Assembly: GCA_964486045.1 (NCBI GenBank)
Contig: CAZALK010000016.1
Location: forward strand, 32,001 to 96,000
Direction: 5' to 3'
DNA: 64,000 nucleotides
From: an uncultured archaeon
Lineage (GTDB): Archaea > Asgardarchaeota > Lokiarchaeia > Sigyniarchaeales > SOKP01
Shown here: positions 49,468 through 59,877 of the stretch, one piece after another
Layout: every line of letters begins with the position of its first letter
Position numbering within the stretch: position 1 is the first letter of the stretch
Position numbers and translations under genes: made by a program
The notes under the pieces: model-generated
Seen by the model: the letters and a program-made list of their open reading frames with translations, nothing else
The model's database searches: none
Told to the model about the DNA's origin: nothing

Positions 49468-51708
49468 TCACGATCCTAATAGGTGATTTAATTCTTTTTC
49501 GATAGGTTTAGCGTTTTCAATGGAAGAACTTCCATTTACAAATAAAATATCTAATTCAACATCATCCAAATTTTCTTCAATAATCTTTTTATCGAGTTCT
49601 AAGTCAATAGCAATAACTGAACGCCATACAACTCCCACATGAACTTCATCAATCGTTCCTGTAATAATAATGTAATCCCTTCCATTTTCTCGAATTTTAT
49701 AAATCTTTTCAACAAATATTCCTAAAAGATAATTAAATGTCTCAATTAAATCCGCATTAATAACTTTTGATTTATTATTTTCTAGGATTTTAAATTTATA
49801 TCGAAATGGGTTATCAATTTCAGCAAATTGAAGATTATCTTTATTAATCTGAATATTAAACACCGCATTCTCTAAGGCATCCTCAAATTGTTCTAAATAA
49901 TGATACTTGAAAAATCCTCTATTCTCAGTGTTAATTTTTTTTGAAATACCGGATTTTTCTCCTTTTAATACGCTTTTCATCCTTGGCAAAATGAAATCTT
50001 CAAATTGAGAGCCACTTTCAACTCCAATCCATTTTCTGTTTAGTTTATGTGCTGTCGCGATAGTAGTTCCTGACCCTAAAAAAAAATCTAAAACAACATC
50101 TCTCTCTTTCGATCCACTTTCAATAACTCTTTGTAATAATTCTTCAGAGTTTTCGGTTGAAAATTTGTGAACTTGAGAATAACCGGGTATATCTAACCAG
50201 TCATTTCGGACTGGTTCTACATCATAAAATAATTCAGGTTTTTCATTTATGGTATTACCTAAACAATCTATATATTTTTTATCTTTATTTATTCTAACCT
50301 TTCCTTTTTGTTCGAACTGGTTGATCCTCTCTTGAGATAAACCCCATCTTCTATTTTTAGGGGGATAATATTTTTTACCTAGAACAGTTCTGGGGTTTTC
50401 ATTTGGTCTAGGAAAATCTAGGAGTTCATACCATTTAGGTTCCTTTCTTGGTAGTTCTACTTGATTGAAGTAATAATCGTTAGTAATAGAATAAAAAAAA
50501 AGACTCTCTGTTTGTTGAATAAATGGCTTTTTTCTTTGTTGTTTAGCTCTTGTTTTATTAATCACAATTTCATTTCGGAAATTAGATTTTCCAAACACCA
50601 TATCCAAGAGGAATCTGGTAAAATGGTTCCCATGATTGTCGATTCTGACAAAAATAGCTCCATGTTTGTTAAGGATGTCTTTTGCTTTGATTAAACGATT
50701 AAACATCATAACTAACCAGGAAGATCCTAGATAATCGTTTTTATAGAGGGGCTCATCCTTCCCGGTGTTGAATGGTGGATCCAAGTAGATAAGATTTACC
50801 GTTTTGTCCCATTTTTTCATAACCAAGTTTAACGCTTGAAAATTATCGCTTTTAATGAGTACGCCATCTAAAATATCATCTAAATTATTGTTTTGTGATA
50901 TTTCGCTAATTAAATCCCATTTAAACTCCTCATCAAAATATTTTGTATCAATAGGAAGTGATCTTCCTGTTATTGTAGTTAAATTATTTAATTGAATGTT
51001 AAAAATCGTGTTCCATTCTTTCAATTGTTTCTTATTACTCAAAATTTGGTTTTCAATTTTTATTAAGAAATCTACTCCGGCATATTCCTCTATTTTGTCA
51101 AGTGAAATAACGTACTCTGTTTTTAAGATAAGAGGTTTTTTATTCCATATTTTTAATTGAAAAATCTCTATTTGATTCAATAGTTCAATAATCTGATTAG
51201 CATTTTGTTTTATTTTCTTAGCCCTTTTGAAGCGAGATTGAAGAACATTAAATTCTAAACCATACATTTCAACAATATCGATGACTTCATTCCTAATAAA
51301 AAAATCTAATTCTTGTTCAAGAAATTCTTTTAGATCTTTATGAATATAATAATCATAAACAATATTCTTACCGGTAGGGTGTAGAAGATCTAAAGATTTC
51401 ACATAATACTGATCTTTATTGGCCCATTGTAATAAAATTTGTTCTCCATTATAACGATTCATCCGTTTTTCGTATTCACAAAAAATTCCATTCTTATAAT
51501 ATTTCGAAAAGAATTCTAGAAGAAAATAAAAAATCTCATTTGCTTCTTCCTCGGGGAGAATTAACGGGATTAAACCTTGGATGAGATTTTGAATTTTTTG
51601 TTTCTTAAACACCAAAATTTTATAAATGCCAGATTTAAGACCCAGGTTTTCGAATTGAAATATTTCTAAGAATTTAATTTTAAAGGTTTCTTGAGTTAAA
51701 TTGTGCAT
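49468..51708 (-). CDS. Site-specific DNA methyltransferase (N6A/N4C, type III Mod-like), no adjacent res gene
   Basis: YNGEQILLQWANKDQYY, IYLDPPFN, FRNEI, DFFLGSGTT, RKWIGVE, DLIETFNYLLG. Confidence 0.9.
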   Translation of the reverse strand: MHNLTQETFKIKFLEIFQFENLGLKSGIYKILVFKKQKIQNLIQGLIPLILPEEEANEIFYFLLEFFSKYYKNGIFCEYEKRMNRYNGEQILLQWANKDQYYVKSLDLLHPTGKNIVYDYYIHKDLKEFLEQELDFFIRNEVIDIVEMYGLEFNVLQSRFKRAKKIKQNANQIIELLNQIEIFQLKIWNKKPLILKTEYVISLDKIEEYAGVDFLIKIENQILSNKKQLKEWNTIFNIQLNNLTTITGRSLPIDTKYFDEEFKWDLISEISQNNNLDDILDGVLIKSDNFQALNLVMKKWDKTVNLIYLDPPFNTGKDEPLYKNDYLGSSWLVMMFNRLIKAKDILNKHGAIFVRIDNHGNHFTRFLLDMVFGKSNFRNEIVINKTRAKQQRKKPFIQQTESLFFYSITNDYYFNQVELPRKEPKWYELLDFPRPNENPRTVLGKKYYPPKNRRWGLSQERINQFEQKGKVRINKDKKYIDCLGNTINEKPELFYDVEPVRNDWLDIPGYSQVHKFSTENSEELLQRVIESGSKERDVVLDFFLGSGTTIATAHKLNRKWIGVESGSQFEDFILPRMKSVLKGEKSGISKKINTENRGFFKYHYLEQFEDALENAVFNIQINKDNLQFAEIDNPFRYKFKILENNKSKVINADLIETFNYLLGIFVEKIYKIRENGRDYIIITGTIDEVHVGVVWRSVIAIDLELDKKIIEENLDDVELDILFVNGSSSIENAKPIEKELNHLLGS

Positions 51709-51848
51709 TTATTCCCTACTCTTACAAACATTTATTTAGAAAATGATAGCTTATTAATTTAGTTGAAGCAAATTTTTATCTTTTTCTTGAAAGACATGCT
51801 ATTCTAAATTAAAACAAATTTCAATGTTCTGAGGAGTTTGAAAGTGTA

Positions 51849-51887
51849 TTTGGACTAGGATGAAAGCTAGATTCATCCTAGTCCAAA
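51849..51887. repeat. Perfect 16-bp inverted repeat with 7-nt loop
   Basis: TTTGGACTAGGATGAA-AGCTAGA-TTCATCCTAGTCCAAA. Confidence 0.9.
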
Positions 51888-52063
51888 AAATGGATTTTGG
51901 AACAAGTAGTGAAAATATATTTAATAACGTAAAATTTACATTATTAATATATTTATAGAAGGATTTGTATATAAATCTTAGTTTTTATGCAATTTTTGGA
52001 AATTGTGTGTTAATCCTTACTTTGAAAAATGATGCTGTTTTTTTAAAATTCGGAAAAACATGC

Positions 52064-52594
52064 TTATTTTCTGATTTTTTTATTCATTTCTAAAGCTAAC
52101 TTGGTGAAGATATCATCAACACCAGTACCTAATTTAGCACTTGTCTCGTCAAATGAACAAGCTCTAATATCTTGTTTAAGAGAATCGGATTCTTCAACAG
52201 AAATAATTTTATCATCAATTAGATCACATTTATTTCCAACTAAAACATTGGGAATATATCCGGATGTGGTTTCTACTTCTTGTTTCCAATTTTCAATATG
52301 ATTAAAAGTTTCTTTTCGAGTTAAATCAAAAACATAGATGATACCTTGTGTACCTTTGTAAAACGCACGCCTGACCCACTTGAAATGATCTTGACCGGCT
52401 AAATCCCATATTTGTAAAGAAATAAAATTATTGGTCTCAGGGATTTTCACATTTTTCACAAAAAAATTAGCCCCTATAGTAGACTCTACGTTTGACAGGA
52501 ATCGTTTCTCGAGATACTGAAAGAGTAATGTGCTTTTCCCTACTCCAAAATCTCCGACAATACATACTTTGTAATAGGGCGTCTTCAAGCTCAT
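52064..52594 (-). CDS. Rab-like small GTPase (canonical motifs)
   Basis: GDFGVGKST, STIGANF, WDLAGQ, GNKCD, TSAK; ATG 52594 preferred over TTG 52630. Confidence 0.93.
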   Translation of the reverse strand: MSLKTPYYKVCIVGDFGVGKSTLLFQYLEKRFLSNVESTIGANFFVKNVKIPETNNFISLQIWDLAGQDHFKWVRRAFYKGTQGIIYVFDLTRKETFNHIENWKQEVETTSGYIPNVLVGNKCDLIDDKIISVEESDSLKQDIRACSFDETSAKLGTGVDDIFTKLALEMNKKIRK

Positions 52595-52900
52595 TTTTTT
52601 GTATAAAGTGAGAAATATATTTTGAATCAAATTTGAAATTAAATTATAATATGTTTAAATTCATCAATTGATATCAAGATAATGTATTATTAAATCATGT
52701 ATATGGGTCATTTTTGGTTTCAGATGTGAATATCATTGTTATCATTACTTTTCAAATATAATATTGATTTCAAACTAACTCTGTTATTTATAGAAAACTA
52801 TATTACGGTGGAATTCTTAAGAATCATGATTGGTTCATTTTTTTAGAATGCCCCAATTTTGTAATGAACAAACTTTTAGGAAAGTACCAAGGTTGTATCG

Positions 52901-53155
52901 ATGGTAAAAGGAACTGTAAAATGGTTTAATAGTAAGAAAGGCTATGGGTTTATTACCCCAGATGATGGATCTCCAGATGTTTTCGTGCATTATAGTACAA
53001 TTAAAGGGGAATCAGAAGAATTTAAGATAATTTATGAAGGAGACATTGTGGAATACGAGATCACAGAAGGAAAAAAGGGCCCACAAGCCAGTGACGTCAC
53101 GGTAACTCAGAAAGGACCTCGTATGAGTTCCGGTAGCCGAAAATCATTTTATTAA
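52901..53155 (+). CDS. cspA: Cold-shock protein
   Basis: GTVKWFN, KGYGFI (RNP1), VFVHY (RNP2), GKKGPQA. Confidence 0.95.
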   Translation: MVKGTVKWFNSKKGYGFITPDDGSPDVFVHYSTIKGESEEFKIIYEGDIVEYEITEGKKGPQASDVTVTQKGPRMSSGSRKSFY

Positions 53156-53382
53156 ATAAATTTATTTATTAAATAAAAAGGTTAAGTAAAGTACTAAGAA
53201 TAAGGAATTTTGCAAGATAAGAAATACATGATAAGGGTTAAGTAAGCTTCTTCTTTCGATTGTTTTACGTCTTACATATTCCATTTTTTTTTATTTCGTT
53301 TGAAGTTGAGGTTAAAATATAAAGATAATATTTTTAATTCAAGTTAGGAATAGAGAAAAAAAATAATTTCCGTATTAGATTT

Positions 53383-54531
53383 TTATTGCAACATTTGAGT
53401 GAATGTTTTGTTACCAATTAATTGCTTGTCTGGAGGTATATTGTCCCGTACTTTTTCCATTTTAAGTGCACCATCTGGGCAATTTGCAGCACAAACACCA
53501 CAACCTATACAAATTTCTTCTCTTAAAACCATCTTTTCATCAGATGAATCAGGTTCAACTGGAAATTTATGATATATGGCTTTTTGAGGACATTTTTTCA
53601 TACACGTCTCACATTTGTTACAAAGATCATAATCCCACTTAGGAGTATAATTTGATTGGTAAGCACCTCTTTCATGAAATAATCTTGGTGGATATATCAC
53701 CCCACAATGACAACCACAACAATTACAGATAAACATTGAAGATTGCTCTCCTTTATCAAAAATTGCGTTATGAACCAAGCCTGCTTTCTCTGTTTCTTTA
53801 AGAAAATTAATCGCTTCTTCCTTATTTAACAATCTCGCGCCGCGTATTTTACCATCAATGAGCATTTGGCTCGCAGGTCCTGCTATAAAACATCCCATCT
53901 CAGAAGGAGCTACTTTGCATGGTTCTCCTGACAGTTCGCCTATTAGACGACATTGACAGGTTATTACTGCAAATTGTTCATGTTTATCAATTAGATTCTT
54001 TACTGTTTCATAGGGTAAGGTTTGGGATTCAACATCAAAATCCTCATTGATTTCGATTAATTTTTCATTAGCTTCTAACGGAAGCAATGGTCGAAAAAGA
54101 CTCCATCCATTTCCCTTCCCCTTATCCGTTAAGTTACCTCGTTGAGGAACTAATTCCTTAAAGAGATCCCAATATAAGTTAGCCGCTTTTTTTATGTTTT
54201 CCTCAGTATCTCTACTCCTTTGAAAATATTTTTCAAATATTCCAGGTAGAAGAGGTTCAAGGCAATATTTTGTCCCTTTTCTAGAAATTGTACCAGTTAT
54301 AATAGGTCTTCTCAATAATTTTTTGATTTCATCCTTGGGTAAACCAGATCTCTCTGATAATTGTTTTAATGAATTATATTCGTCAGCAGGTCCAAAATGA
54401 GATATTAACTTTATTTCTTCCTCTTTCCAAAATATTTTAAGTAGTTTTTTTATTTTTCTGTGTTTGGGTGTAGTCAAAGGACCCAATGTTAATTTTTGTC
54501 TTACTAATTCATAATCATCTATTTCTGACAT
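53383..54531 (-). CDS. 4Fe-4S dicluster protein with N-terminal HTH-like region
   Basis: CQCR, GLVH, ICNCCGCHC, CNKCETCMKKCP, CIGCGVCAANCP. Confidence 0.88.
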   Translation of the reverse strand: MSEIDDYELVRQKLTLGPLTTPKHRKIKKLLKIFWKEEEIKLISHFGPADEYNSLKQLSERSGLPKDEIKKLLRRPIITGTISRKGTKYCLEPLLPGIFEKYFQRSRDTEENIKKAANLYWDLFKELVPQRGNLTDKGKGNGWSLFRPLLPLEANEKLIEINEDFDVESQTLPYETVKNLIDKHEQFAVITCQCRLIGELSGEPCKVAPSEMGCFIAGPASQMLIDGKIRGARLLNKEEAINFLKETEKAGLVHNAIFDKGEQSSMFICNCCGCHCGVIYPPRLFHERGAYQSNYTPKWDYDLCNKCETCMKKCPQKAIYHKFPVEPDSSDEKMVLREEICIGCGVCAANCPDGALKMEKVRDNIPPDKQLIGNKTFTQMLQ

Positions 54532-54673
54532 AGATCATAACAAGAGTGATAATTATAAAAATATTATCTAAGGTAATTCTATAGAAAAAAGTTCTAATCT
54601 TTTATTACATTAATCTTTAATACCCTTTTTATAATCCTCTCGAAACTCTAAGTTTAAGTGAAATAAATTCATT

Positions 54674-55258
54674 TCATTTATTCTTATAATCTTTTCCTAT
54701 ACTAAATGCCTTCCCTAAATGTTCTCCAATTTTCCAATAGTTGTTATCAATTGAGAATATGAACGGTTTTACTTTTGTAATATCTGGTATTTCGTTTTTA
54801 AGATAATAATCGTCTGCGTAAGCGTTGATCACTTTTCCAATAAATATTTCGTGACCTTTTTCAGTATCGGTCAAATCCTTTGTAGCAATACATTTCAAAA
54901 CTTTGCATTCCATATTTATAGGAGCACGGGTTATCATGGGGGCTGTCTTTAAATCTCCGTAAAAAACTTCAAAGACTTCTGATTTATCTATTGCCTTTCC
55001 GGATTTTAATCCAACATAATCAGCTACTTCAACCATCCCTTCTGATGGAATATTAATACTAAAAGTCCCGTTTTCTTTAATACCGATGTTAGTATAGTGA
55101 GTTTCATATGAAGAAATAGCAAATAAGGGAGGTTTGTATTCCACAACGTTAACCCAGGCCAAAGCCATAAAGGTAGGTTTTCCATTTACGTTTGCGCCAA
55201 TAATTGATACGGGCATAGGATACAAATAAACTCCAGGACGAATTTTATTTTTGGACAT
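54674..55258 (-). CDS. Flavin reductase family protein (paralog of 20864..21463)
   Basis: YPMPVSIIGANVNGKP, FSINIP, APMI..APINMEC, HEIFIG. Confidence 0.92.
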   Translation of the reverse strand: MSKNKIRPGVYLYPMPVSIIGANVNGKPTFMALAWVNVVEYKPPLFAISSYETHYTNIGIKENGTFSINIPSEGMVEVADYVGLKSGKAIDKSEVFEVFYGDLKTAPMITRAPINMECKVLKCIATKDLTDTEKGHEIFIGKVINAYADDYYLKNEIPDITKVKPFIFSIDNNYWKIGEHLGKAFSIGKDYKNK

Positions 55259-55377
55259 TTTATATCGTAAAACTCACTTTTATAATTTTAATAATTAAAT
55301 TACTTGAACTTAATATTTTCTATCTATTAAAGATTGGAAAATTTGGGTGGTGATTTCTCGTTAAAAAAAATTTCTAA

Positions 55378-56895
55378 TTATAATTTGTAAGTATCACCAT
55401 CTTTCATTAAGATTGCATTATCAATATTATCCTTGAACCATTCAGGATTGTCAGTGTGAACGGGAATGACAAAATCAGGATCAATTGTGTCGATTGCCCA
55501 AAGTAAATCTTTTCTTGAAGCATGTCCAGAAGCATGAAATCCCTTCATGAACTTTGGCTTTTCCTTCCCTTCTTCTTCCACGATTTCAAATCCATAAATA
55601 TCAAATCCGAAAAATTTAAGCCAGTTGTTCAATCGTACAAAATCAAATTCAGATTCTTCTGTAAAAGCTTCACTTGAAGAATAAATATAGGATCCTTTAT
55701 CCGGTTTAATATCTAATAAGTTTTTGATATCAAAAAGTGAAAAACATATCATGAAATTATCAGGATTTTTTGAGATCTCCGCAGGATCCAAATAATTTAA
55801 TTCTCTTTCTTCATTAATAAGGAAATTTTCCCACCCTTTAGAGGTTGATTTTAAACCACCGTATATCCCAATATTTTTTATCCTATCAATTGCATCAGCT
55901 TTTTCGAGTGCTTTTAGTAAGTATGCATCTTTTGGTGTGATAATAAGAGTTCTATCAATTTTTGTGGCAATAGAATCAAACATTTCCAGTCTTTCAAAAT
56001 TTCGAGCCGTGAAATCTGCTATGATAAGTCCATCTGCTTCTTCAGCAGTAGTTAAACATTTTTCATAAACAGCCTGCTCAGATTCGTATATATCTTCTCT
56101 AGCAGCCCTAGTTCCTTCGATTATTAGGATAGAGGCCATTTTAGCTTTTTGAATAAATTTTTCACTGCTTTTCCTCTTTTTACCATGGAGTCGAAAATCC
56201 CCTGAATAAGCGATAGTAAGATCACCAGAAACTATGTAAGCAGTGGCACCATAAATGGAATGATCAACCTCAAAAGCTTTAATTTCAAAATTAGAGGAAA
56301 AATCATTAAGAGATGTTAGATTCCCTTCATTCAATTTAGTCCTACTTTTAGTACTTAAGTGAAGGAACTCTTGGAATTTTTCAGAATAAGACTCTGTACA
56401 AACGAAATCTCGTCCATAATCTTTAAACTTTATTGACTTTAAAATTCGTTTATCTTTATCTGGTACCTTTAATGAAAAATAAGCTATGTCTGAACCTAGC
56501 ATTGCAGAAGAACAATCTAGCATTGATTTGAGTAACATGATAGTAGAAGGTGAGGCAATAATTGGGTAATCTGGTTTAAGTAATCCAATATTCCCACAGT
56601 GATCCATATGTGCGTGGCTAAGAAGTACAGCCTTCACATTTAAAGAAGGAAATGAGGAAAAATCGATATCTACGGGGATTAAGTCTTTTCGATATACCTT
56701 AAGTTTAGGAATTAGATTTAGGTGAATTAGATCATGAATACCTCGTGGTTTTCTAGGAGATATAAATTCTTGGAAAAAATCTCCATATTTTTTAAAATTC
56801 ATACCAAAATCAAGAAAAAGACCTTCCCCACTTTCTTCAATATAAATTTTGTTTCCTCCAATTGTATTATTACCATCATAAACAGTTACGTTCAT
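55378..56895 (-). CDS. RNase J-like MBL/beta-CASP nuclease
   Basis: IGGNKI, LSHAHMDH, VDHS, YSGDFRLHG, EGT, HASGH, PVHT. Confidence 0.87.
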   Translation of the reverse strand: MNVTVYDGNNTIGGNKIYIEESGEGLFLDFGMNFKKYGDFFQEFISPRKPRGIHDLIHLNLIPKLKVYRKDLIPVDIDFSSFPSLNVKAVLLSHAHMDHCGNIGLLKPDYPIIASPSTIMLLKSMLDCSSAMLGSDIAYFSLKVPDKDKRILKSIKFKDYGRDFVCTESYSEKFQEFLHLSTKSRTKLNEGNLTSLNDFSSNFEIKAFEVDHSIYGATAYIVSGDLTIAYSGDFRLHGKKRKSSEKFIQKAKMASILIIEGTRAAREDIYESEQAVYEKCLTTAEEADGLIIADFTARNFERLEMFDSIATKIDRTLIITPKDAYLLKALEKADAIDRIKNIGIYGGLKSTSKGWENFLINEERELNYLDPAEISKNPDNFMICFSLFDIKNLLDIKPDKGSYIYSSSEAFTEESEFDFVRLNNWLKFFGFDIYGFEIVEEEGKEKPKFMKGFHASGHASRKDLLWAIDTIDPDFVIPVHTDNPEWFKDNIDNAILMKDGDTYKL

Positions 56896-57134
56896 TTTTC
56901 TCAATTTAGCTTGATTTTACTTATTATCCTAGAAGAAGTTCTTCAATTTTAGAATACTATTTTCCCTTATTCTTAACAATTATATACACTTATATAAAAA
57001 CATGGCTTATGTAAGTTTTTAATTTAATTTTCAGAATTTATTGTCGATTATTTTGCATTTAAATTTAAAATACTAAAAGAGTTTTTTATTGTTAAAAGAT
57101 AATTATCTAAATAGACAAGAATAATAGCAGAATC

Positions 57135-58394
57135 ATGTCGATTTCTTCAAACGAGAGTATAAACGAGGATCCGAGATCTAAAAATGAAAATCGACAATCG
57201 TCAAAATTTTTAGAATTCATTATATATGTTATTTTCTTATTTGGTCCTTTAACGGGGAATATTGTTCTAGTTTTGTTCCATGTGCTATCCGCTGAATTTA
57301 GTGTATCCCCAAACGCGATACTTATTGCAATCCCTGCGTTTATGTTTCCATTTGCATTGACACAACTATTTTCTGGAGCAATTTCAGATCTAAAAGGAAG
57401 ATTTCCAGTTTTAATCACAGGTTTAATTATATTTGGAGTTGCGATGCTTTTAGCAGCACTATCAATTTCATTAGAAATGTATATAATTGCGAACATACTA
57501 AGTGGAATTGGATTTGGTCTTGTTAACCCGGTATTGATTGCTTTAATAACAGATATAACAACTCCATCGAATATCTCTAAAAAGATGGGATTTCTTGGAG
57601 CGAGTGCTAATCTTGGGGTTGGACTAGGACCATTAATAGCATCTCAGATGATTTTAATTGGATGGCAGTCAATTTACATATTGTTTATAGGAATAACCAT
57701 TTTTGGTTTAATTTATTTTATAATGTCGAATCGGCCTCCTCAGAAATTTCCAGAAGTATCAGGAATTAGTGTTTTATTTTCACAACTCTCTACAGAATTA
57801 CGTCGTTCAGTTGTAATTTTATTGTTAGTCTCCGCGTTTTTAGTTTCACATACTTATTTAGCTATAACCATCTGGACTTCGAGTTTCCTTTCTGGTATCA
57901 TAGATGAGGGTTTAGTCGGGTTAATACTAGGTATCGCTGGTGTTGGGGCAGCAATAGCAGGTGTTTTAACTGGTTCTACAATCAAGAAAAAGGGTTTGGG
58001 CATTCCCTTAATTATTGGTTCAATTTTTCTATTCACAGCGTTAATAATATTACTACTAATAGGAGATATTACCCAAACAGATAAAATTGTTTTCTTAGCA
58101 ACAGGGTGGATAATTTCAGGTCTTGCGGGAGGGACTCTCTTTCCAGCTATAGCCTATTATAGTCAAGTCATCTCACCAAAGAGACGAGGTGTTTTAGCAG
58201 GGTTACTTACTGCGTGTTACTTCATAGGAATTGCTTTAGTTCCTACAACATTAGCACCGATATCAGAATTGTTTGGGATAACTGGTATATATCTTTGCAT
58301 TTTGGGAGTATCTGTGCTTTTTGTAATAAATACATTTTTATTATATAAAATTGCTAAACGTAAAATTTTAAATCTTGAATCTGCGCTCCATTAA
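57135..58394 (+). CDS. MFS transporter (drug:H+ antiporter-like)
   Basis: Motif A GAISDLKGRFPV; GLGPLIA; about 12 TM. Confidence 0.9.
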   Translation: MSISSNESINEDPRSKNENRQSSKFLEFIIYVIFLFGPLTGNIVLVLFHVLSAEFSVSPNAILIAIPAFMFPFALTQLFSGAISDLKGRFPVLITGLIIFGVAMLLAALSISLEMYIIANILSGIGFGLVNPVLIALITDITTPSNISKKMGFLGASANLGVGLGPLIASQMILIGWQSIYILFIGITIFGLIYFIMSNRPPQKFPEVSGISVLFSQLSTELRRSVVILLLVSAFLVSHTYLAITIWTSSFLSGIIDEGLVGLILGIAGVGAAIAGVLTGSTIKKKGLGIPLIIGSIFLFTALIILLLIGDITQTDKIVFLATGWIISGLAGGTLFPAIAYYSQVISPKRRGVLAGLLTACYFIGIALVPTTLAPISELFGITGIYLCILGVSVLFVINTFLLYKIAKRKILNLESALH

Positions 58395-58431
58395 AACTAT
58401 TCCAGACCTGGGATTAAAAAATAATTCTAAA

Positions 58432-58590
58432 CTAAAACTTGAATTTCTTTTTCACTCTTTTTTCTTTCACTTCTAGGGATTTTTTCTCTTTTCTTATAAT
58501 TTTGAAAACCTTTCTTTTAGCATCACTAGATTTAAACGCTTTATCAAGTTCTTCTTCCAATTCTTCATCAGAGGTATCTTTCTGATTCAT
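58432..58590 (-). CDS. Small charged hypothetical protein (52 aa, not in ORF track)
   Basis: MNQKDTSDEELEEELDKAFK...KEKRVKKKFKF*: acidic N-half, basic C-half. Confidence 0.5.
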   Translation of the reverse strand: MNQKDTSDEELEEELDKAFKSSDAKRKVFKIIRKEKKSLEVKEKRVKKKFKF

Positions 58591-58672
58591 CAATTTTACT
58601 GAGTAAAAAGAAAATAAAAATATATGTAATTTTGTTTAATGATTATAATAATTTTACCTAAAGCATGAATCC

Positions 58673-58999
58673 TTAAGCTTTAACCATTATTAACATCATT
58701 TTAAACTTTTTCAGAGCTTTTAACGCATGAGGCTCATTAGCAGGCATCATAATCATCTGACCTTTTGTAAGAATATGGTTGTTTTGTGATATCGTAATTT
58801 CGGCTTCCCCATCAAAAACATATGCAATAGCATCAAACGGTGCGGTATGTTCACTCAACCCTTCACCTTGATCAAAAGAAAATAATGTTACTGTGCCAAC
58901 ATCCTTATTAATTAAAGCCCTACTCACAATTGAGCCTTCTTGGTAATCCAACATTTTTACTAAATCTGTAGCTTGTGCTAATTCATTTCGTTCGCTCAT
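58673..58999 (-). CDS. Cupin domain protein
   Basis: YQEGSIVSR, LFSFDQGEGLSEHTAP, PANEPHAL. Confidence 0.92.
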   Translation of the reverse strand: MSERNELAQATDLVKMLDYQEGSIVSRALINKDVGTVTLFSFDQGEGLSEHTAPFDAIAYVFDGEAEITISQNNHILTKGQMIMMPANEPHALKALKKFKMMLIMVKA

Positions 59000-59136
59000 A
59001 ATTAACTCAATTTATTATGGGTAACTAATTCTATCTTAAATAAAGATGAATTATATTTAAACATAAATTCGAACATGTTGCATGCAATAGAACGCGCTTG
59101 GTTATTAGCATCTAGTGGATAAATAAGCTAATTTTG

Positions 59137-59667
59137 TTATTCCAGAACCACTGGAACTCTCCACTCCTGCCCGCATTTTCCACACTTATATTTTTTCCCA
59201 TATATTCGTGGATAATCCATTATCATATTTGTTTTGTCAGTTTCTTCATATATGAATTTATGGTCGGTATTATCACAACTAGGGCACATCCGTCTTGAAT
59301 CACCGTCAATGATTATTTTATACTTTGAACTAAAAGGAGAATTTGGAGTTTCAAACTCAGATGAAACCTCTATATCCCTTCTCTTTGAAACTTTAGATCC
59401 TTTTGGTTTTTTTGAGGAATCTGGTACTTCTGCCTTCTTTTGTTTTTTGAATAACTTAAGGGATGTCTTTTCTTCCTTCGGAACACTAGGTTTCTTTTCT
59501 TCCCTCGGAACACTGGGTTTCTTTTCTTTAGCAGATAATTTTTCCTTTAATAGAGAGTTCTCTTTTTGTAATTTCTTTATTCGTCCTCTTAAATCTGTAT
59601 TCTCATTCTTTAATTTTTCTAATGTTTTTTCATTATCCCCTTGAGGTGGTTCTTTTATTTCTGTCAT
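59137..59667 (-). CDS. Coiled-coil protein with C-terminal zinc ribbon
   Basis: N-terminal heptads; RRMCPSC...YPRIYGKKYKCGKCGQEW. Confidence 0.8.
   Translation of the reverse strand: MTEIKEPPQGDNEKTLEKLKNENTDLRGRIKKLQKENSLLKEKLSAKEKKPSVPREEKKPSVPKEEKTSLKLFKKQKKAEVPDSSKKPKGSKVSKRRDIEVSSEFETPNSPFSSKYKIIIDGDSRRMCPSCDNTDHKFIYEETDKTNMIMDYPRIYGKKYKCGKCGQEWRVPVVLE
59467..59528. repeat. 27-bp tandem duplication (EKKPSVP[R/K]E)
   Basis: 59467-59493 and 59494-59520 match at 25/27 positions, plus a partial third copy. Confidence 0.85.
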
Positions 59668-59877
59668 TTCTTTTAACTCCCAAATCAGTTAATTTAATTA
59701 TACTATATTTTAAAAAAATCAGAACGTTTTTCTTAACAAGATAATAAACTACTTATTAAAAAACTTAAGGAAATCGATACTGGAAAACTAAAACTTCTTA
59801 TTGCAAAAAAAGATTTTTAAACTTGGAATTAATTTATTTTTATATTATAGTTTATCCATTTGAGAAAGTGTGCTAAG

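Noticed and set aside
53178-53246. Direct repeat GGTTAAGTAA downstream of cspA
   Set aside because: Only two short AT-rich copies; chance not excluded
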